DNA from: Planctomycetota bacterium
Lineage (GTDB): Bacteria; Planctomycetota; Planctomycetia; Pirellulales; Lacipirellulaceae
DNA length: 64,000 nucleotides
Assembly: GCA_013152205.1 (NCBI GenBank)
Contig: JAADGV010000108.1
Location: 7,127 to 71,126, forward strand
Direction of reading: 5' to 3'
This document shows positions 57,996-64,000 of this stretch, piece by piece (the stretch's first letter is position 1; each line of letters opens with the position of its first letter). The notes under the pieces are model-generated. The model was not told the DNA's origin. It was given only the letters and a program-made list of their open reading frames with translations, and did no database searches. Made by a program: the position numbers and the translations under genes.

Positions 57996-60047
57996 CTAGT
58001 TGCTCTCCTTGGTATCGCCTCGTGCGAAGATGCTGGCTACGTAGTTCAGTACGTCGGTTGCGCTTTCGTCGTTGTAACCGTAGTCTCGGATGAGTCGACC
58101 TTTGACGACGTCGATTTTTTGCTGCGTCTCGGCATCAATCACATTGGAAACGAGGCTTGTCAGCTTGATCGAATCTTTCTGGTCTTCGAACAGTTTGAGT
58201 TCTAGTGCTTTGTTAAGCCGTTCGTTCGTTTTGTAGTCGAACTTCTTGCCATCGATCGCCAGGGCACCGATGTAGTTCATGATCTCCCGACGGAAATCGT
58301 CCTGTCGGCTTTCTGGGATGTCGATTTTTTCTTCGATCGAACGCATCAATCGTTCGTCGGGCTCTTCGTATTGCCCGGTGAATGGGTTCTTTACTTTTTC
58401 CTTTTGCGTATAGGCTTTCACGTTGTCGATGTAGTTGCCGCATAGCCTTGATAGAGCATCCTCGTCGGCAGCAATGGCTCGCTGGACTTCGAGCTTGACG
58501 ATGTTTTCGTATTCTTCTTTGACGACGCAAAGCAGATCTCGGTACTCTTGCTTCAGTTCTTCGTTGTTGATCAAACTGTGGTGTTTCAGTCCCGATTCCA
58601 ATTCATTGAGTACCATGAAGGGGTTGATCGACTTTGCGTCGGGGTGTGCAACCAAGGCATTGGAAATTTTGTCCTGCACGTATCGCGGAGAGATGCCGAT
58701 TAGCCCTTCGCTGGTGGTTTGCTCGCGAAGCTCGGCGATGTTCTCTTCGGTAAAACCGGGGAGCGTCTTGCCGTTGTAGAGCTTGAGTTTCTGGAGTCGG
58801 CTTAGGCCGGCGTGCTTAGGCTCTTCGAGTCGGGTGAGCAGTGCCCACATCGCTGCCATCTCGATGGTGTGCGGGGCAATGTGTTTTCCGTGGACGGTTT
58901 CTGCGTTGTAGTCTTTCTCGTAGATGCGAATTTCGTGTTCGAGTGTCGTCACGTAGGGAATGTCGATCTTTACCGTACGATCGCGCAACGCTTCCATGAA
59001 TTCATTGTTTTGCAGCCGTCGATACTCAGGCTCGTTCGTATGGCCGATGATGACTTCGTCGATATCGGTTTGGGCGAATTTTTTTGGTTTGATGCAATGC
59101 TCTTGGCTTGCACCAAGCAAATCGTAGAGGAAGGCCACGTCGAGTTTGAGTACTTCGACAAATTCGATGATGCCCCGATTAGCGACGTTAAATTCGCCAT
59201 CGAAGTTAAATGCACGGGGGTCGCTGTCGCTGCCGTAGATGGCGATTTTTCGATAGTTGATATCGCCGGTTAGCTCGGTGGCGTCCTGGTTCTTTTCGTC
59301 CTTGGGTTGGAAAGTGCCGATGCCGACGCGATCTTTCTCGCTGAGGATCACTCGCCGTACACGCACGTCCTGGATCACTCGCGTCCAATCGCCGTCGTAT
59401 TTTTTCAGCCGCTGCTGATACATAAACCGACAGAAGGGATCCAGCTCGCCCCGAATCTTTACGTGGAAATCTCCTTCGTTACGCCCGGCGTTCAGTTGGG
59501 CGGCCACTTCTTTCCGAAAACGCTCGGGGATCAGGTGCAACGGTTCTTCGTTCATGGGGCACCAATCCACTTCGTTGGGGTCTTCTTCGTTGACCCAACC
59601 CAAGGTGTACAACGCTCCTTCGTCGGTGGCGGAGTAACGCTGTACCCCCTGCTTCAGCAAGCGGGCAATTGTGCTTTTGCTGCTGCCAACAGGACCATGT
59701 AGCAGTAGCACTCGTTTTTCGATCCCGTACTCGTGGGCGGCACTCTTCAGCGCATTCACTAGCTTATGGAGTGGCTCTCGGAGTCCAAAGACGGCATCTC
59801 GACCATGATTTTCGGGGTCGTCGAAGAAGTGGTAGTGGTGTTCTTTCTCGCGGCCTTTGTTGACGATCTTGACGTCGTAGGAGAGGATCATGTCGTAGAT
59901 CCGTTGATACGCGGTTCGCGTAACTTTCGGGGTGTCGCGGACAATGTCTAGGTATTCCTCGAATGTTCCGACCCAATTCTTGCGTCGAAACTGTTCGCGA
60001 TCTTGGCGTTCAGAAACTAGAGAAATGATTGTGCTACCGTTAGTCAT
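57996..60047 (-). CDS. prkA: PrkA/YeaG family AAA+ serine kinase
   Basis: [46 protein letters not shown]. Start at ATG 60047 after GGAGGAG. Confidence 0.95.
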   Translation of the reverse strand: MTNGSTIISLVSERQDREQFRRKNWVGTFEEYLDIVRDTPKVTRTAYQRIYDMILSYDVKIVNKGREKEHHYHFFDDPENHGRDAVFGLREPLHKLVNALKSAAHEYGIEKRVLLLHGPVGSSKSTIARLLKQGVQRYSATDEGALYTLGWVNEEDPNEVDWCPMNEEPLHLIPERFRKEVAAQLNAGRNEGDFHVKIRGELDPFCRFMYQQRLKKYDGDWTRVIQDVRVRRVILSEKDRVGIGTFQPKDEKNQDATELTGDINYRKIAIYGSDSDPRAFNFDGEFNVANRGIIEFVEVLKLDVAFLYDLLGASQEHCIKPKKFAQTDIDEVIIGHTNEPEYRRLQNNEFMEALRDRTVKIDIPYVTTLEHEIRIYEKDYNAETVHGKHIAPHTIEMAAMWALLTRLEEPKHAGLSRLQKLKLYNGKTLPGFTEENIAELREQTTSEGLIGISPRYVQDKISNALVAHPDAKSINPFMVLNELESGLKHHSLINNEELKQEYRDLLCVVKEEYENIVKLEVQRAIAADEDALSRLCGNYIDNVKAYTQKEKVKNPFTGQYEEPDERLMRSIEEKIDIPESRQDDFRREIMNYIGALAIDGKKFDYKTNERLNKALELKLFEDQKDSIKLTSLVSNVIDAETQQKIDVVKGRLIRDYGYNDESATDVLNYVASIFARGDTKESN

Positions 60048-60852
60048 GTCCTGTTTCTCCTCCGTCGGGCCGAGGCCGTGCGACGATCTATTGGCCAGCC
60101 AATGCTGGATGATGCTTAATGAATGCGTTTTACCTTCTTTTAACGGACTGTTTTTACTATTCGCAGCGGCGCGGTCGCCGCTGCGAACGATTACCACTTA
60201 ACGATTCCAAATTACTTGCCGAGGTTATGCGCTTTGTTTCGCTCCGTATCCAACGGCTTGCAGCGTGTCCTCGATTTGGGGAGTTGTGGGAGGCATGCCA
60301 AGGTTCATTCGGGCAAACCGATTCACAACAACTGAAGGTAGCCCGACTGAAAGATGGTGATGCTGTCCGAGAGAGAGGACGTCGGCACGCGTACTGCGCT
60401 GGGCGAACTACTACGCCCCAATTCGCAAGCCGAAATGCACACCTAAGCGAAGATTGGCAAAGAGCACTGAAGTCTATTCCCAGGCACCGCAGCCAGTAGG
60501 TTGGGCCTACGGTGTGCCCGAAACGTGTGTGAGCAGAATCTGATGACGGTTCTGCCCGGTCTCACTCGCTTCTGTTTCTAGTATCAACACAATCGGAAAG
60601 GCAGGCAACATTGAATTCTGCTGCATAGCGCCCCTTTGTTCCGATCTAGGATGCAGGTTGCTAGCGGCCACAACCTTTTTCCCTATAAAAGCTTAGCTCA
60701 AAGTTGGCCTGTGGGGGGCAAGCTCTATTGGCTCGAAAATTGTTGTATTAAAATTTCGTTCCGAGAGTCTTCTGGACAGTTGGCAGTTTCTCTAGGCATC
60801 CAAACGGGGGGTAGGCCCGGGCTATTCACAAACTTTCACACAGCGGATTTAT

Positions 60853-60915
60853 TAGCCAGACGCGCTAGCGAGGGATTTCTCGTGTAATTCCCTTGCTAGC
60901 GCGTCGGGCTAGTGT
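60853..60915. repeat. TAGCCCGACGCGCTAGCGAGGG-type REP doublet
   Basis: Arms at 60853-60875 and 60889-60911; a half copy is at 4895. Confidence 0.85.
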
Positions 60916-61252
60916 GGTATGCCCCTTGCTCAACTTGAAAAAGGTAGATGATCCCCAGGGGAAATGAGAGGGGATGAATGGCGGTTTAGGTGGAATGAGT
61001 GTGTTTTTCTGATTATTTCAAGTTTTCCGAAAGTGTTGCCTTTGCGGGCGCCGATACCGTCTGTACGTGTTACTTCTCGGGGGGGCTACCGAGACACGCA
61101 ATGGCTAGAGAACCGCTGGAGGTAACCTCCAAACGTTCGTGCTACCATGTGTGTCGATGACCAAGGCGGCAGCCAAATCAACGCAGCGAGTGTCACCATG
61201 CCATGCTGGCATGTGAACATTCAAGTGGCGAGCGGTTGCTGAGGGTCGGTCG

Positions 61253-62713
61253 ATGAATTGCTACCTAAGATACTCCCGTCTTCTTATCCCAGCCTCTCTT
61301 GCAGTGTTTTCACTGGCAGTCTTGGCCTCTTCGGCCCAAGCACACGAGACCGGTACTAAGCATCTACACTTCCAAAAGCCAAGCGAAGCGGAACAGGCCA
61401 GCGGGCAGGATGCCAAGCAACCATTTCGCGCACCGAAAACTGCCAAAGCGAAAGCTAAGCCACAGCGCAGTAGAAAAGCTCGAAAGATCGAGCCGGTGAA
61501 TTTTGAAGAGGTCGTTGAGGCCACGCGCAAGCAAACGGTCAAGCGTACGGTTGTTGAGCAACCAGTTGAGCCAGTTCGTATTGCACGTAAGAAGAAAAGA
61601 ACAATTCGCCGCGATATCCATGTCGGGCCAGTTAGCCAAGGCGAAATTGTGTATGAGTCTGGCCCAACTCCAGAATTAGAAATCTATAACGAGGGTTGCG
61701 CTTGTGAAATCAAGGGCGACGTCTGTGAGCCCGGCTGCGGAATCTGCGAACCAAGTTGCGGTTTTGCTGAACCCGGCTGCGGTATCGTTGAGCCCGGTTG
61801 TGGGCTTGGCGAGCCAGGTTGTGGAGTGGCTGATTGCGGCGGCGGCGTTAGCTGCGGCAGTTGCGTTGGTCGGCCGGGGCCTGATTACTGGTGTTTTCCA
61901 GTTTGCATACCTCGGTTCAAGGATCTTACCGTCTGGGCAGGTGTTCACGGCTTCCGAGGTCCGCGAGATTTCTCGCCCAACCCGGCTGCTCCCTTTAATA
62001 ATCGGAGTGACTCCAACTTTGGTTTTCAGGAAGGTATCAACATCAGCGGTCGAGCTCCATTGATTGGCTTGCTGTTTCCACAGTTGAGTTATCAGCTTGG
62101 CTATCAGGCTGTCCAAAGTCGCCTTTCGGGAACGGTTGATTCACCGGATGATCGCTCGCAACAATTTGTTACTGCTGGCCTTTTCCGTCGAGTGCAGACA
62201 GGCCTTCAATTTGGTGTCGTCTGGGATTACCTACGCGACGATCTCGACGAGGAAGTTGATTTTCAACAGATACGCTCAGAGATTAGTTTGAAGAGCCCCA
62301 GAGGACGAGAGATTGGTTTCTTCGCTACCACTAGTACCAATTCTAATACCATCAACGGCATTGCTTATGAAGCAACGGATCAGTTTGCCCTGTTCTTCCG
62401 CTGGAATCTCGGCAACGGCCGTGAATGCCGGTTGTGGGGCGGAGCGACCGGGAGTAGTGAAGGCATCTTCGGTGGCGAGTTTTATGCTCCGCTAAACGAC
62501 CGTTGGTCGCTGCAGTCGAGTTTCAACTACCTAATCACGGACCAGAATGCGGGACTAGCTGGCGTCAGCCAAGAGGGCTGGAATATCGGGATGAATCTGG
62601 TTTGGCATCTGGGACGTACGGCCCGTCGTGGCAGTCGCAGCCCGTATCGACCACTGTTCGCGGTGGCTGACAATGGGTGGATGGTTATCGATAACACGAC
62701 AGCATTCCCCTAA
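61253..62713 (+). CDS. DUF6666-like secreted or outer-membrane protein with Cys-rich heptad repeats
   Basis: Signal peptide; five xEPGCGx repeats; beta-rich C-terminal region (NFGFQEGIN, TAGLFRR, GLQFGVVWDYL). Confidence 0.7.
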   Translation: MNCYLRYSRLLIPASLAVFSLAVLASSAQAHETGTKHLHFQKPSEAEQASGQDAKQPFRAPKTAKAKAKPQRSRKARKIEPVNFEEVVEATRKQTVKRTVVEQPVEPVRIARKKKRTIRRDIHVGPVSQGEIVYESGPTPELEIYNEGCACEIKGDVCEPGCGICEPSCGFAEPGCGIVEPGCGLGEPGCGVADCGGGVSCGSCVGRPGPDYWCFPVCIPRFKDLTVWAGVHGFRGPRDFSPNPAAPFNNRSDSNFGFQEGINISGRAPLIGLLFPQLSYQLGYQAVQSRLSGTVDSPDDRSQQFVTAGLFRRVQTGLQFGVVWDYLRDDLDEEVDFQQIRSEISLKSPRGREIGFFATTSTNSNTINGIAYEATDQFALFFRWNLGNGRECRLWGGATGSSEGIFGGEFYAPLNDRWSLQSSFNYLITDQNAGLAGVSQEGWNIGMNLVWHLGRTARRGSRSPYRPLFAVADNGWMVIDNTTAFP

Positions 62714-62909
62714 ACGTGGGGGCCAATCGGCATAACCGGGACCTCTTAGCACGATATTTTACCTAAACCGAGCAACTTCTCGCGATTTCGGGGCTGTAAG
62801 CTGCCGAACTTGGGTGTAAACTAAGCTGTTTTTCGTAGCTCCGCAGGCGATGTCTGTGCTGCGGGCCGAGTTGACAGTTAGTTGCAATCAAAACAGGAGT
62901 GACCGAGCG

Positions 62910-63176
62910 ATGCACACAATCGAAACGAATTGGGAGGATGAAGAGAACAATCGCCAGGTGTCTTTTTCGGTGGCGTACTCTCGACAAGACGACGCTATTG
63001 AAATTACAGCCGTCACTCCCCGACAAATAACTTTTCTTTGCCCCGATTCCAATGCTCCGGTTCGCACTATCGGTGTTTGGACTGACAAGGGACGCGAGCT
63101 TCTTGCTGGCCAACTACACAAGAGCGGCCACCTGTCGACGATCGAAAAACAGATCGAAGCCTCGCTCGCTGTCTAA
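62910..63176 (+). CDS. Small hypothetical protein
   Basis: AGGAG RBS upstream of ATG 62910; 88 aa. Confidence 0.7.
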   Translation: MHTIETNWEDEENNRQVSFSVAYSRQDDAIEITAVTPRQITFLCPDSNAPVRTIGVWTDKGRELLAGQLHKSGHLSTIEKQIEASLAV

Positions 63177-63206
63177 TTTCTAATAAGTCCAACTTCGGCA
63201 CTCACA

Positions 63207-63244
63207 CAACGAGCGCGATCAGGGATCCCTGGTCGCGCTCGTTG
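63207..63244. terminator. GC-rich hairpin between convergent genes
   Basis: caacgagcgcgatcaggg-at-ccctggtcgcgctcgttg, one mismatch; no clear U-tract. Confidence 0.6.
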
Positions 63245-63355
63245 CGATGATGGGCTGTTTGAATTCAACTATCGTTCTCTCAATGCGACAAGATACTTTT
63301 CTTTGCTTTCAGCGCAACTCCTGTTGGTAGCTCACTTTTTTTGTTACGCAACTTT

Positions 63356-63774
63356 TTACGCCCTACGTCCGATCACATCTCGGACCACATTGCCGTGGAC
63401 GTCGGTCAAGCGGAAACGACGGCCCTGATACTTGAAGGTCAGACGCTCGTGGTCAATCCCCATCAGGTGCAGAAGGGTTGCGTTGAAGTCGTGAACATGA
63501 ACGCCGTCGCGGACGAGGTTGTAACTGAAGTCGTCGGTCTCGCCACAGGTGACGCCCGGCTTGATCCCGCCGCCGGCCATCCATGTGGTGAAGCAGCGTG
63601 GATGATGATCTCGGCCGTGGTTGTCCTTGGTGAGAACTCCCTGCGAGTATGACGTGCGACCGAACTCGCCACCCCAGATGACGGACGAGCGTGTCCTGCA
63701 GAAGGCCTCGCTGCTTGAGGTCTTTTACTAAGGCCGCGGATGCCTGATCGGTTTCCATGGCCTGGCTACGAATA
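63356..63774 (-). pseudogene. DUF1501 gene 3' fragment, frameshifted and IS-interrupted
   Basis: [23 protein letters not shown] / IWGGEFGRT / GRDHHP / MAGGGIKPG / RLTDVHG; a 4-bp duplication at 63680-63687 breaks the frame. Confidence 0.88.
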
Positions 63775-64000
63775 GTCGTCCCTGATAAATGCGCTGCCGG
63801 CATGGTTTTTCACGTTTTTTGGTGTTTGCCGGATGTGGATCAGGCGAGCGTGGTTCGGTTCGAGGCGTTTCGGGGGGCGATAAGGACGTCACGCACCGTC
63901 TTCAACCGCCCGATCACGCCCCAAAAGAGCAAAAAAAAATCCAGCGCAGCAGCTTCCGAAGATTGTATCAGGCGGCGGCCAACAAGGGGTTGATTTGGTC
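63775..64000 (-). mobile_element. Decayed IS5-family (IS1478-like) element end; partial
   Basis: Minus strand reads DQINPLLAAA*YNLRKLLRWIFF; IR-like end gtcgtccctgataaa at 63775-63789. Confidence 0.75.

Noticed and set aside
60300-60370. c-di-GMP-I riboswitch (GGCAAACC seed)
   Set aside because: The GAAA tetraloop stem and the GACGCAAAGC segment are missing.
63463-63803. 116-aa ORF as a real gene
   Set aside because: It is a chimera of the IS end, the DUF1501 fragment and out-of-frame sequence after the 4-bp duplication.

Overview
Bacterial chromosomal window, most likely from a planctomycete (Pirellulales, Lacipirellulaceae-like). This is inferred from the PVC-type heme-c fusion, DUF1501, DUF1080, the PEP-CTERM/dockerin-like protein and the 'RYSLRT' membrane protein. 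Coding content in order: a type IV pilus/T2SS-like module with a PilM-PilN fusion and secretin; a four-gene ABC-2 operon; a Gly-His-rich secreted peptide; a MazEF-type TA pair; an RND/MFP/TolC efflux set; a PEP-CTERM metalloprotease; cinA-nadE; a cluster of secreted hydrolase-like proteins, including a frameshifted ceramidase/PVC-heme fusion; apgM/pgi, rnd, mfnB, hpt, a CNT transporter and chdC; a prkA-DUF444-spoVR locus; a DUF6666-like protein; and a DUF1501 pseudogene cut by a decayed IS5-family element at the right edge. No rRNA, tRNA or CRISPR array was seen. The most striking unexplained structure is non-coding. About a dozen intergenic inverted-repeat elements have arms built from 7-11 nt tandem units, some nested inside each other and some inside operons. 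Several REP-like palindrome families and a 320-bp MITE-like segment also occur. All product calls come from motif recognition by eye, and no database searches were run.
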